A stretch of 64,000 bases of DNA from positions 1,674,001-1,738,000 of the forward strand of contig NW_024704769.1 in NCBI RefSeq assembly GCF_018977255.1, in the 5' to 3' direction. This document shows, piece after piece, positions 1 to 12,202 of the stretch. Below the pieces are notes generated by a model that made no database searches, was not told the origin of the DNA, and saw nothing but the letters and a program-made list of their open reading frames with translations. Source of the stretch: Callorhinchus milii. Lineage: Eukaryota. The first letter of the stretch is position 1; each line of letters opens with the position of its first letter. A program made the position numbers and the translations under genes.

Positions 1-27
1 AATAAAAAATAACAATAAAAATAATAC

Positions 28-470
28 TGATCCCTGCGTTTGGCCCCTCGTCACGTCTTCGAGACGCCTCACAGCGCTTCACAGGACACACTGTAAAGTG
101 TAGTGGCTGTGTTATTTTTGTGGGCGAGACGCGGCAGCGTTTCCCCCCCCCCCCCACCACCACAAACAGCCGTGGGATGAAGCGATCAAATTATTATTCT
201 TATTTCTTTTGGAGGGATTGTTACCCCCCGGAAAAGCGATCCCCCAATCGACTAACAACCGGGTTCCTACTGACTGCCGGTAACCAGAGGCGCGTGTGTG
301 TGTGTGTGTGTGGGTGTGTGTATGGGTGGGGGGGTGGGTGTGGTGGGGGGGGGGGGGGAGTAAGGAAATTTTCCCAACATTACGCCCTGACTGACCCGCC
401 CGGGAATCGAACCCGGGTCCTCTCGCTCGCGAGGCGAGGGCTCGAACCCCTGAGCTCCAGGGAACTCCAC
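28..470 (-). mobile_element. Dominant tRNA-Ala-derived SINE, near full length with internal (CA)n/(C)n expansions
   Basis: A-box/B-box head at 400-470, shared body, L2-like tail near position 30-80. Confidence 0.85.
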
Positions 471-552
471 GCTCGCCCCTCAGAGACACCCCCACCCCCT
501 TTCTCCCCCCCCCCACCCCCACCACACCAGATCTTCCACACTCCTCGCTCAC

Positions 553-610
553 CTTGCGATGGTTTATACATAAACCGTCGAGTCCCTCGCCTGAACCGCG
601 TCCGTTGACC
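553..610 (-). CDS. PLAT: PLAT coding exon 2 (propeptide)
   Basis: tttcatttcag acceptor, 58 nt, GTGAGC donor; contains the RFRR furin-type site. Confidence 0.88.
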
Positions 611-1158
611 CTGAAATGAAAGTTTTTTCATGCGTTAAAGGTACCCTGCGGGCAGACACCCAGACAAAGCTGCCCCCACCAACACCCCCACCCCCCCTTC
701 CATTTAATTCTCTCTCTCTTCCCCCCTCCCCCCACCCCCACCACCACCATCCCTTCGTCTGTCAGAGAAACCCAGCAAAGTAGGAACAAGGAACAGGCCA
801 TTCAGCCCATCTAGCCTGCTCCCCCAATTCCCCCCGCGCGCTCCCCCCCCCCCCCACCCCGCACACCCACACACACCTCTTAAACCCCAAGTCCCTCTGC
901 CCCTCACACCTCAATCCGTGTCCTCACTTCCCGGAGACAACACACGCGCGGAAAGACAGAGAGAGAAGCACACGGCCACATACAGAGAGAGAGAGAGCGA
1001 AAAAGAAACGCAGATACACAGAGAGTTTGAGATAGAGACAGACAGACGGACAGACGGACGGACACACACACAGTGACACAGACACAGACACAAACCTTCG
1101 CTTCCCCACTGAGGCAGATGGTGAGCATCACACAGCACAGAAATCCCAAAAGCCTCAT
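553..1158 (-). CDS. PLAT: Tissue-type plasminogen activator, 5' partial gene; CDS join(1158-1096, 610-553), continues beyond the left edge
   Basis: Signal peptide MRLLGFLCCVMLTICLSGEAK (phase-0 GT donor) spliced to GQRTRFRRGTRRFMYKPSQ (phase-1 donor). This resembles human tPA MKRGLCCVLLLC...RFRRGAR. Head-to-head position with IKBKB matches known vertebrate synteny. Confidence 0.88.
1096..1158 (-). CDS. PLAT: PLAT coding exon 1 (signal peptide); exon probably starts at 1198 (or 1180)
   Basis: ATG with A at -3, hydrophobic LCCVML core, GTTTGT donor. Confidence 0.88.
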
Positions 1159-3912
1159 CGTTGTCGAACTTCCGTCGAGGCTGAAACCCTCCTCGTCTCT
1201 GTGAAGACAATTTCACGATCGGTCAAGCGTTCGGACACTCGGACGCGGCCCTCGCGCCCCTCCGCTCAGCTCCCAGCGAGCCCCCTCCGCCCGGCCGAGG
1301 GGGGTCAGCCGGCAGCTGCCACGGGACACTACGGAGACAGAGCACAGCCCGGCTCGGACACTGAGGTCAAGTGGAGTCCCTGTAGCTCAGGGGGTTCGAG
1401 CCCTTCGCCTCGTAAGCGAGAGGACCCGGGTTCGATTCCCGGGCGGGTCAGGTCAGGGCGAAACCTTGGGCGAGTCTCCTTACAGCCCCCACCCCCCCGC
1501 CCCCCCCACCACCACCCCTTCAAGGCGCTGCGTGAAAAAGAAAACACACGCAAGTGTCCCCTCGGGGACGTGCGTGGTTGGGGGAAGGGGCGGTGGGTGG
1601 GGCGGGTGGGGGGGGTCTCGAACCCACAACCTCCCGGCCTCGGAGGTGAGAGCGCGGTCTCCAAAAGTGGAAGGAAAAGGGGACGAGAGGGACATTTGAG
1701 TACATTCGTAGCTTTTTCCCGGGGTCTCGCGGTTGAAAGAACGGGGAGAGGGGAACGGATAGAGTGAGTGGGGGTGTGCGCGCGCGTGTGGGGGGGGGGG
1801 GGGGAGTGGGGGTGTGGGGGGGGTCTAAATGGGGGGGAAACGACAACAACAACAACTTGTATTTATAAAGCACCCCTCACGCGGGGAGAGCAGTCGGGAA
1901 CATGGCAGTAGCTCCTCACGTCCAACAGAGTGCAGTGCAAACCGCAGTCACAGATGTGCGCACACACACGCACACACACACGCACACACACCCACGCGCA
2001 CACGCACACACACACACAGCACGAGGCTTTAACCCTGCGCGTGCTGGAATGCTCAGGTCAGTCTACGAAATACTGTCGCCCTTCGCCCACCAAACAGGCA
2101 GTCAATTCGCTTTGGCGGTGAAGCGCTTTGAGACGTCTCGAAGACGTGATCAGGCGCTGTGAGCAAAGGCGATGATTATTATTATTATTATTATTATTGT
2201 TGTCATCCATCCAAGCCTTTTTAACCCAGAGAGACAGTGAAAGTCAACAGCTGTTTGGCGAAGCCTCACAGAACGGGTCTGATTTCACCGGGACGAGAAA
2301 AGGGAAAAGCATTCAAATCCAGGGGGAGGGTGGGGGGGGGGAGGGGGGGCACTGGTCAAGGCAGGTTTTTGTGTGTGTTTATTTGATGAGACCACTGTGC
2401 GCAATTGGCTGCTGAGTTTTGCCCACAAGATACACAGTCACTCCGCTACTTGCAGGACATTCCGTGAAGCGCTTTGAGATGTCGCGAAGATTTCCAATGC
2501 AAAGGATCGTTATAATTATTATTATTATTATTATTACTACTACGGCACCTTATCACATCGACCCGACAGCTCAAAACGCTTCACAGGATAGCACTATAAA
2601 GTGAAGTGACTGTGTATTTTGTGCACAGCAATGTCTGTGCTGGGGCTCGCTCCCCCCACCCCTCCCCCCAATGGAGCTCTCTATAATTTAATATTAACTC
2701 TCTCTCTCTAACGGTAGTTATCCGGCTGTTTTTAAATGCCACGGCAGACTCGGCTGCGTCCGTAGCTGTGAAAATGCTGACCCCCCCTACCCCCCCCCCC
2801 ACCCACCCACCCCATTCTAGAAACTTTTTTTTTAGGAAAAAAATACCTTCTAACCTCAACCAGTATTTTTTTTTCTCTCTCTGAGGCTTCGCCAAACGCT
2901 GGATTCCTAACACTGTGTTTCACAAGAAGGGGTGGAGGGAGGGGTGCGTAGAAGAAGCAAACGAACCGATCTTGAGATGATTGCGCCAGAGAAAATGTGA
3001 CACAACCAGAATAACAAGGTCGTTCTCGCGCGGGGATGGAGCTGGGCACAGACCGAAATAAAGGGGGGGATACAGGAACTCATCGGAAATAACCATTATA
3101 ATCCTCGCGTTCGATACAGCGCCTTTCGGAGGGGTCGAAGCCCCTCACAAGATTTGTGCATTTGCAGGTTTTTTAGGAAAAAAAAGTCTTTGCATTTGAT
3201 AGAGCGCCTTTAAGCATATAAGACTGCGCTGGAGAAACATAACAGAGGTTCATCCAGTTCGCTTTCCGCTGTCCTGGCAGTCGTTTGACTTCACGTATCC
3301 CCAAACCATGCACTGTATCCCGAGTTATTATTATTATTATTATTTTCCAGCAGATATCTAGTTCGTTCGTTCCTGAGACAAACGACGCTCATCGCGTGCC
3401 ACTGAGACGTCCCGAAAAGCAACTGAACCTCAGCGTCCGATTCGCACGCGGCAACGCCTTCGCAGACAGAGAGCCTGAGGGATTGATTTTATCTGGGGTG
3501 GGGGGGGTGGGGGGGTGGGTGGGTGGGGGTGGTCGGTGGGCTTGCAACTCGTTTGCCTCCCACAGCGAACATTCTTGACTCCCATCAGATAACCTCCCAC
3601 CACACCCACTAAATATGCCAGGAAAAAGGGTGACTCCGCTGTGATCTAGAGGGGGCCGGGAAGGGGGCGGGAGGGGGGAGGTGGCGGGGGGGAAGAAAAC
3701 CCGAGAAGCAAACTTCTTAGCGTGGAACAAGCTGCCGAATTCCCAGCGCGGTCACGAAATGACTACCTTCACTCCGGGAGCATCGGACTGAACCAAGAAA
3801 ACAGATAAGCCCTCGGGGTCTTGAGACATGAGAGAGGGGAGAGAGAGAGAGAGAGAGCGAGAAAGTGAGTGGAAAGTGGGGGATGTGGGGGAGAAAAAAA
3901 AGTTTCACTTAC

Positions 3913-4048
3913 TTTTAAAAGTCTTTTTTTTGCTGCTGCTGCTGCTGGTGGTGGTGGTGGTGGTGGTGGTGGGAGGGATGGGGCTGGAGTTTCCTTGCGT
4001 TGGCTGCTATCTGCCTCTCGCTGCTGGTGAAGTTGCTCCCGAGTGTGT
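3913..4048 (-). other. PLAT: Putative non-coding exon 1 of PLAT
   Basis: Starts 30 nt below a TATTTAAAA box at an Inr-like TCACAC, has no ATG, contains (CAC)n(CAG)n and ends at an AA|GTAAGT donor. Confidence 0.65.
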
Positions 4049-4143
4049 GAAGGATGTGACTGAGTCCTCTTTTAAATAGTCCTTCTCCGTGAGTCACTCT
4101 CTGCCTTTGCTCCTCCCCGCACTGGCACTGGGGACTGATGTCA
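4049..4143 (-). promoter_or_regulatory. PLAT proximal promoter
   Basis: TATA-like TATTTAAAA 4070-4078, AP-1 TGAGTCA 4090-4096, CRE-like TGACATCA 4136-4143. Confidence 0.65.
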
Positions 4144-4519
4144 TGCCGGTTTATCTGTGGATTTTATTTGGCCGCTCGTGCGGTGCGGTTCAGGCCGCCA
4201 CAGGCATGTGGCGCGAGAGAGCACTTTTGAGAGCCCCGGGACAGCCGACTCCGGGGATCGTAAGCTATGTTTGCTCCCCGCGCCCTGAGGCGCCTCAATG
4301 GAGCGCTTCCCGTGTGATACACTCGGCTGCGCATTCTGCCGGCGAAACGCGGCAGCAGAGGTTGAGCGCAGCGCGGGGTCGTGGATCATTTACTTTTATT
4401 TATTTCGAAGGAATTATTGTCCCCACCTCACCCCCCCCACCCCACCCACCCCCCCCAGCCCCACGCCCCGGAAAAGCCATCCGCCAATTCCACTAACAAC
4501 CGGGTTCCTACTTACCGCG

Positions 4520-4865
4520 AGGTAACCATAGGGAACAGGAGGAGGCCATTCAGCCCCTCGAGCCTGTTCCGCCATTCTATTAGACAACGGGTCACCTGTA
4601 CCTCAACTCCGATGGTCCGCCCTTGCCCCATATCCCTCGGTGCCCCTGAACCAATTCGTTCAGGAACAACATTGAATCGGTTTCCGCTCGGAAATAATAT
4701 CTGGTCTCCGTAGGGTTTGGGGACACGACTTGTCAAGCGACCGAGAGGACGGTGGGCGGCGAACCGGGTAGACTTTGATCTTCTCTCGCTCGGACCAACA
4801 TCTCTCCGCCTCCATCTTGAAAACCTGAATGGATCCAGTCACAATCCACAGCTTTTCGGGGCCGG
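4520..4865 (-). mobile_element. CR1 LINE 3' end
   Basis: GAGTTGAGGTACAG...GAATGGCGGAACAGGCTCGAGGGGCTGAATGGCCTCCTCCTGTTCC terminus, typical of fish and shark CR1. Confidence 0.8.
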
Positions 4866-7800
4866 GGGGAGGGGGTGGTGGGGGGAGAGAGGAGAGTAAC
4901 AGATCTTCGCTCGCCATTGTGTGAAAAACCAGCTCCCGATTTCACTCCTAAATGGCTTGGCTCTAATTTTAAGACAATTTTAAGACGATGCCTTCCTCGT
5001 TCGGGATTCTCCCCACCCCCCCCACCCACTGGAGGAAATAGTCTCTCAATAGCCCAAGCTATCAAGAATTATTGGGGGCGATGGGATTCCGTGTGGGTCA
5101 GACCCCCGGCCGATCGCGGTGACGAGTTTCTGCAGAAACCCGCTAACCGAAACCGCGGGGTGTTAAGCAGTTGCGAGCTGGACACGACTGGGGTTAGGGG
5201 GCAATTAATGGTAAATCTGTCCGGACAGCTGATAAAATCAGGATGCAAAGAAGTGGAATGACACAACAGTACGATTAATGTGTTGTTTGCTCTGCAAGCG
5301 ACATGTAGAGCAAACTGTGAAATTCTTGCATTCCTTAATCTTTACTGGTTAGGCAAAGACTGGGTGACAAGACTGACGCTCTCCCGTTACTGACTGTTAG
5401 GTTTCGCGTAAAACCGCTTGACCCGGAGTGAGTCAGGGACGGGCTTGGTAATAAGGCAATAATTAATAAACTCTTAGCAACATTCCTTCCGTGAGACACC
5501 GCGCCTGTCTGTCACATGGGAAGGACGTCCCAAAGTGCTTCTCCCGTTATAATTCGCCGTATCGTTGCCACGAACCACGCAGTCACCGCACTTTAATGTA
5601 TACCCTGCGGAGCGCTTTGAGACGTGATGAGGGGCTGCGTCAAACGCCGGGATTATTGTTGGGCGCTGTATGGAACGCCAGGGCTTTTATAACCGTGTTA
5701 CGAGAGGCTGTTAACGTGAGGGCAGCCGGAATTCAGTCGTCACACCGACCTATTGAGGCGGATGAGAGTGGTCCCCTTTCTGTGCTGTAATGACTCTCTG
5801 ATTCTACGACTCCTCGCTACCAAAGTTTGGTTCTCAGAAGATTCATTCCACTTGCGGTGAACGTGCTGAGATTTCCCAATGGCAAACCAGTCCGTGTGGT
5901 CACTGTAACCCAGTCCCGTTCCCCTCCCCTCCCGGAGAAGGTTATTAATTCCTGGCAACTGAGGAATGTGATGGTGTTTTTTTGTCAGCATTGTTGTCTC
6001 TGCGAGAAGGAATCCAAACGGATTCACTGCCAGAATGCTTTCTGGCTCTCAGTCTCTCGCACCAGGACAACCACATGTCTGCTGCTGAGCGTTGACTGTG
6101 GCGTACGATCAATCGAGCGGCTTTAACCCTCTCTCTCTCTCTCTCTCTCGCTCGCTCGCTCACTCTCTCTCTTACTCTGTCTCTCGCTACTCATCTCTTA
6201 CATTCGATTCCGTGCCTATACGCCTCAAAGCGCTTTGTTGGTGAGCGTAGTGACCGTGTTTTGTGGGCGAATGCGGCAGCCAATTTGCACGCAGCAGCGT
6301 CCGTGTCCCCCCCCCCCCCCGAAACTGCCATGAATTGGACGCAGATGTACGTGGCAGTAGAACAACAGCAGCAACAGCAAGTGACATTTACGCGGCGAGG
6401 GAGGGAGGAACAGAGGCTGCGGAGGATGTTGGAGGACGAAGATTTTGAACTCATTCCTCTGGGGGAATGGGGGAAGCCATTGGAGCTGGGAAATGATATT
6501 AATAATAATAATAATAATAATAATCCTTGTATTTGATAATAACGCCCTATCACGTCTTCGAGGCGTCTCAAAGAATATACTGTAAAGTGTAGTGACTGTA
6601 TGTTTCGTGGACGAAAAGCGGCAGCCAATCGCGCACAGCGGCGTCCCCCACAAACAGCCGTGGGTTGAGCGACCGAATTATTTATTGCATTTATTTCGAA
6701 GGGATTATTACCCCCCGGAAAGCGATCCGCAGATCGACTAACAACCGGGTTCCTACTGACTGCCGGTCACCAGAGGCGCGCGTGTGTGTGCGCGTGTGCG
6801 CGCGTGTGTGTGTGTGTGCGTGTGTGTGTGTGTGCGTGTGTGCGCGTGTGTGTGTGCGTGTGTGTGTGCGTGTGGAGTAAGGAAACTTGCCCAAAGTTTC
6901 GCCCCTGACCAAGAATTGGTCCTCTCGCTCGGGAGGCGAATGATGGGAGTGCTACGGTCAAGGAGCTTCGTAAACAAGCACTGATGTTTGCGCAGTTACA
7001 TACCACGAGTTTGTTAGTATACACCAACAGAGTAGAGACATCGTGAGGTGCAATTTATAATCATTCAACAACACGGAAAACATTTGTGTTTAATGTACAA
7101 ATACTGTAATCTCCATCATATATTTCAGCCAAGTTTCCTTACTCCACCTACACGTCGTCTCTGTTTACTCAGCATTTCACTGGTTGTTAGTCGATTGGCG
7201 GATTGATTTTCCGGAGGGGTAATAATAATAAAAATAATAATTTGATCACTCAATCCACGAACGGGAAGAGTTGTTGACCAAGACATCAGGAGAGAGAGAG
7301 AGAGAGAAAAACTCCCTTCTCTTTTCCCGACAGCGTTGCAGGAATCTTTTAACGTCCGCCTGAACAGGGTACAGAAGGGGAGTGAGGTTCAACGGCTCAC
7401 GTGAGGGACGGGGTCTCTGACGATGTGGTTGTCTCTCTCTCTCTCTCTCTTTCTCCCCCACCCCCCCCTCCCCTCTCTCTCTCTCTCTCTACCCCCCCAC
7501 CAGCGCTGTACGAGAGTGTCAGCCCAGACTGTGAGCTCACAGTCCCCGATGTAGGGGCATTGGCTCAAACTCACAACCACAACCCCCTCTGACTCAGAGG
7601 ATGAGAGCGAGAGATAGAGAGTGACTGAGCCTTCGCGCTATTGTTATTACTAACGTTCGCAACAGGAAGGTGCGGGATGAATGAGGTGGGACTGATCGGA
7701 AGAGCAGAGTGCTTTGCAAGTGGAAAGATGTCAATTACATCAGCAGCATCCCTTGCTCCCCCCCCCCCCACCTCTCTCTCTCTCTCTCTCTCTCATCCCT

Positions 7801-8132
7801 CCTCCCTCCCCCCCCCCCCCTCTCTCTCCCTGTCTCCCCGCTACAGCGATAAGACTACTAATCCTCGCATTTGATGCAGCGCCTCATCACGTCTTCGAGA
7901 CGTCTCAAAGCGCTTCACGGATTATACTGTTAAAGCGTAGTGACTGCGTGTTTTGCGGGCGGGCGGGCGAAACGCGGCAGCCAATTGCCTGCAATCCCCC
8001 CCCACACCCCCCACACCCCCCGGTAAAATCACTTGCTCGCTTCACGACTGCTTGTGAATCTGGGGAGAGTTTTGAGACGTCTGTCTGTTCAGGCGGACTT
8101 TATATATCGCGCCCCGAGAAGAGAAGGGCTCG

Positions 8133-8177
<45 letters not shown>

Positions 8178-8640
8178 GTACCCAGGCCAAAAAAATACAC
8201 AGTCACGCCATTTCAGGACAAGCTTTGAGAACCCCTGCTGAGGGTTATATAAGGGTTATACAAAGTGCAAAAACTATATTAATATTATTTTAAAGCTATA
8301 CTCGGTCCGGCAAGCGTCATTTGTTACAGCAATACAGGAATCTGCTTTCATCACTCCCAAACAAATGAGCTCGTGATGAGTTTACTGTGTATATATGTAT
8401 ATATATATTTACACGCGCGTAAACAAGTGTGGTCGGGATATGGACAACTTGTTGACTTACGTGATGGCGACAAGTAAACCTGCGGTCGAATTATCAGGAG
8501 TTTAGTGTCAGTCTTATGTCAGGAGAGTGAAGTGCTCGGGGAGAGGGACCGAGGTTGACATCACGTGCTATCTGGTCTCTCGGAGGGATGTAATAATCAT
8601 CCGTGCATTTGATACAGCGCCGTATCAATGTGTGGGGCGG

Positions 8641-9041
8641 GGGGGGAGAGCGAGGGGGAGAGAGAGAGTGAGAGAGGGGGGGAGAGAGAGGGAGGGAGGG
8701 GGAGAGAGAGGGAGGGGGAGAGAGAGCGAGGGGGGAGAGTGAGGGGGAGAGAGAGCGAGGGGGAGAGAGAGAGCGAGAGAGAGGGAGGGGGAGAGAGAGC
8801 GAGGGGGAGAGAGCGAGGGGGAGAGAGAGAGGAGAGAGAGAGAGAGAGAAAACGATAGAGGGGGAGAGAGAGAGAGAGAGAGAGAGGGAGGGGAGAGAGA
8901 GAGAGAACGAGAGAGGGGGAAAGAGAGAGCGCGATGGGGAGAGAGAGGGAGGGGGAGAGAGAAGGAGGGGGAGAGAGAGTGAAGGGGAGAGAGAGTGAGG
9001 GGGAGAGAGGGGGAGGGGCAGAGAGAGCGAGGGGGGAGAGA
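8641..9041. repeat. GA-rich low-complexity tract
   Basis: (GA)n/(GAGGG)n. Confidence 0.95.
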
Positions 9042-9299
9042 GCCACATTGTGAGAGACGCCATGTTTCCCACCTCGGGATCGGGTGTCCAGCGTTTTGAA
9101 CTCCTCCCCGTGTGAAGGTGGAACGTGAACGTAATTTGTACTGTATTCCAAATAGCTGCCACGTCTGGCTTCAAAACCACAGTCACTACACCCGCCAGTG
9201 ATGACTGTGAATCGCTGAGCGGTTTGAACACTCTCGGATTAATACAAATACAAACTACTCTTTCGCTTCCTGGCGCTCAGGGACGGAGGGAGGAAATAA

Positions 9300-9760
9300 T
9301 AGCATAACAATAATCCTGGCATTTAAGACGTCTCAAAGCACTTCACAGGATGCACCGTAAAGTGTAGTGACTGTGTACTTTGCGGGCGAAACGGGGCAGC
9401 CGATCGCGCCCGGCGCCGTCCCCCCCCCACACACAAACAGCCGTGGGTCGAGCGACCAAATTATTACCATTGTTTTGGAAATTATTTCTGAATGTTATCG
9501 CTGAGGAAATAGTACTTTTTGTCTGTTTTTTTTTGAAGGGATTGTTATCCCCGGAAAAGCGATCCATTGATCGACTAACAACCGGGTTCCTCCTGACTGT
9601 AAACAGAGGCGCGTGTGTGTGTGTGCGCGCGTGTGTGCGCGTGTGTGTGCGGAGTAAGGAAACTTGCCCAAGGTTTCGCCCTGACCTGAGCTGACCCGCC
9701 CGGGGAATCGAAGCCGAGTCCTCCCTCTCTTGCGAGGCGAGAGGGCTCTGACCCCTGAGC
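9300..9760 (-). mobile_element. Dominant tRNA-Ala SINE, full length
   Basis: Head, CCTTGGGCAAGTTTCCTTAC body, TGCTGTGCGCAATTGGCTGCC-type 3' body, tail. Confidence 0.85.
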
Positions 9761-11876
9761 CACAGGAATGCACTCGTCGCAGATTGATTAGGGAGTTGGG
9801 ACACACTGGGAATGTCAGCGGCGTTAAGAGGATCAGAATTTGTCAGGTGAAAGAAGACCAAAGTCCATCCAGTTCACCTTCCACCGGTCTGTCCGTCACA
9901 CGCGCACATCGTGTCCGAATTAATACACTGCGTCCCACGATGTTGGTGGTGTGTGGGTGGGTGGGTGGGGGGTGGAATCTGCTCTGGTTGTGTTTATTGA
10001 TGAGAGGCCAACACAGGGCATCATTCCGACGCGGGTTTGCGGTCACATCGTTTCTCCGGTCCTGCTGCCTTCTCTGAGTCCGGTTCCGTTACTCTCTGCG
10101 CCATCCCGTCCCGATGGATGAGTGGACGAGTGACTTACGCCAACTCCCTGTGTGTGGGACTTCCCAACTCTTCCCTCCGCGCCCTCCATACTTATCCAAA
10201 GCTCTGCGGCTCGTGTTCCTCTCCCCCCACCAGACCCCATCACCCCCCCCCACCCTCGCTCCCCATTCCCCCCCAGAGAATAGAGTTCCAATTCCTTGTC
10301 CTCACCTTCACGGCCCTCCGTGGCCTCGCCCCCCCCCCCCACCCACCTCCCCGCCTCTGCGATCTATTGAAACTTCACCGACCCGTCCTCTCCCTCCCCT
10401 CGGCGGGCTCCGGTCTGCTCCACATACCCCCCCGCCCTGCCACCGATGCCCCCGCCCTCTGGAGCCCTCGCCTCTCTGAAGGCCCGTCTTCTTCTGCGCC
10501 TAGTGTAGTGTAGTGACTGTGTATTTGGTGACGCGAGCAAGTGAGTGGTTTTATCTTGGAGGTGGTGTGTGGGGGGTGCTGGTTGGGGGGGGGGGTGCGA
10601 ATTGTCCGCCAAGACACCGGGAGAGAGGGAGAGAGAGAGAGAAACTCCTCTTTTTCGACAGCGTCGCCGAGATCTTTAACTCCAGGAGGTCTCAGACGAG
10701 GTTTAAAGTCTAATCCGAAAGACAGTGTCTCTCTCTCTCTCTCTCTGTCCCTCCCGCTCCCTCTCCTTCTCCCCCTCCCCACCACCCCCCCCCCCAGCAC
10801 TGTGCTGGAGAGTCAACCGGGACTGTGAGCCTTGGACGTTTGGGGGGAAGGGAGGGGTGGGCTGGGGGTGACGACTCTTGAGCTCGGTGTTCAGTCTGAC
10901 CTTGTCTCGTGTTTCTGGCCAATGTCTGTGTCATTTGTGCTTCATCACAGTCAGTGATGTGAGCGAACAGTGAGATTTTCTGGCCCGGGAACAATTTTTA
11001 TTAATAACAATCCTCGCGTTCGACCCGGATGCCTTATCACGTCGTCGGGACGTCTCAAAGCGCTTCACCGGGACGCGCCGTAAAGTGGAGTTGACTGTGC
11101 GTTTGGTGGACGAAATCGATTGGTTACCGGGGAGAGAGAAAGTGTGAAAATGTGGGAGAGAGAGAGAGGGAGAGAGTGAGAGAGGGAGGGAGGGATGGAG
11201 AGGCAGCAAGAGAAAGAGAGAGAGAAAGAGGAGGAGAGAGAGAGAGGGCGGAGAGAGAAAGGGATAGAGAGAGAGAGAGCGAGAGATGGAGACAGGACGA
11301 GAGGGAAGAGAGCGAGAGAGAGAGTGAGTGAGTGAGTGTGTGTGTGAGAAGGAAAACGTTTAGAGAGGAAGGGAAGGATAGAGGAGAGAGAGAGAGAGAG
11401 AGGGGGAGAGAGCGAGACAGAGAGAGAAGGAAAGAGAGTGAGTGGGGGAAGCTGTGTTACTCTGTCAGTTACTCTGTCGGTAACACAGTCGCAGTCATCG
11501 TGGTAACCGGTGAGGCCGGGGCTGTGATGAGCAAAGGATACGCAGCGCAGGTGTGAGTAATGTGTTTGCCTTCACTCTGCGGAGAAACCTTTGTCCTCGA
11601 GGCTGTAGGTGTGGCAGGGAATGACCCGGATTTCCACACTCCCATCTTGTGCAAAACGCTGGCACTAAATGCCAACACACGCTGTCACCCCAGCCATCCC
11701 CGCGCACGCTGACTCCCGTCAGCGGTCTACACGGACTTCAGACGAGCCGTTAGGACCTCGCTCGCCCCCCCACATCCCCGTCCGTGGCCCCCGTTCAGTA
11801 GGACGTTCACGATCTCCCGCAGCACTGGTTCGGATGAAGAGGACCCCTTCAGCCCAACTGATCTCATCGTCGTCAA

Positions 11877-12202
11877 GTGTCTGACGCTCACGGAAACCCG
11901 CCACCCATGACCGGCCGGGCGTCTGACACGCACGGAAACCCGTCACCCGTGACCGGCCGGGCGTCTGACACGCACGGAAACCCGTCACCCGTGACCGGCC
12001 GGGCGTCTGACACCCACGGAAACCCGTCACCGTGACCGGCCGGGCGTCTGACACGCACGGAAACCCGTCATCGTGACCGGCCGGGCGTCTGACACGCACG
12101 GAGGAAAACCCGTCACCGTGACCGGCCGGGCGTCTGACACCCACGGAAACCCGTCACCGTGACCGGCCGGGCGTCTGACACGCACGGAAGCCCGTCACCG
12201 TG
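11877..12202. repeat. 41-42-bp minisatellite, about 8 copies
   Basis: Unit GTGACCGGCCGGGCGTCTGACACGCACGGAAACCCGTCACC. Confidence 0.95.

Noticed and set aside
1372-1470. tRNA-Ala(CGC)-like sequences (also at ~12645, 42330, 44150, 45955, 49482)
   Set aside because: A/B boxes and the anticodon arm are present, but no acceptor stem forms and each continues into SINE body; these are SINE heads, not tRNA genes
6261-6536. ORF with polyQ and RLRRMLEDEDFEL
   Set aside because: Antisense of an L2 ORF2 remnant flanked by SINE pieces
10156-10165. kappaB site GGGACTTCCC upstream of IKBKB (possible autoregulation)
   Set aside because: A single degenerate 10-mer; many GGGRNNYYCC matches are expected by chance in 64 kb
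11524-11610. C/D-box snoRNA candidate starting at GTGATGA
   Set aside because: No properly placed CTGA D box or terminal stem
11877-12202. CRISPR-like array
   Set aside because: Units are head-to-tail with no unique spacers, and the context is vertebrate with no cas genes
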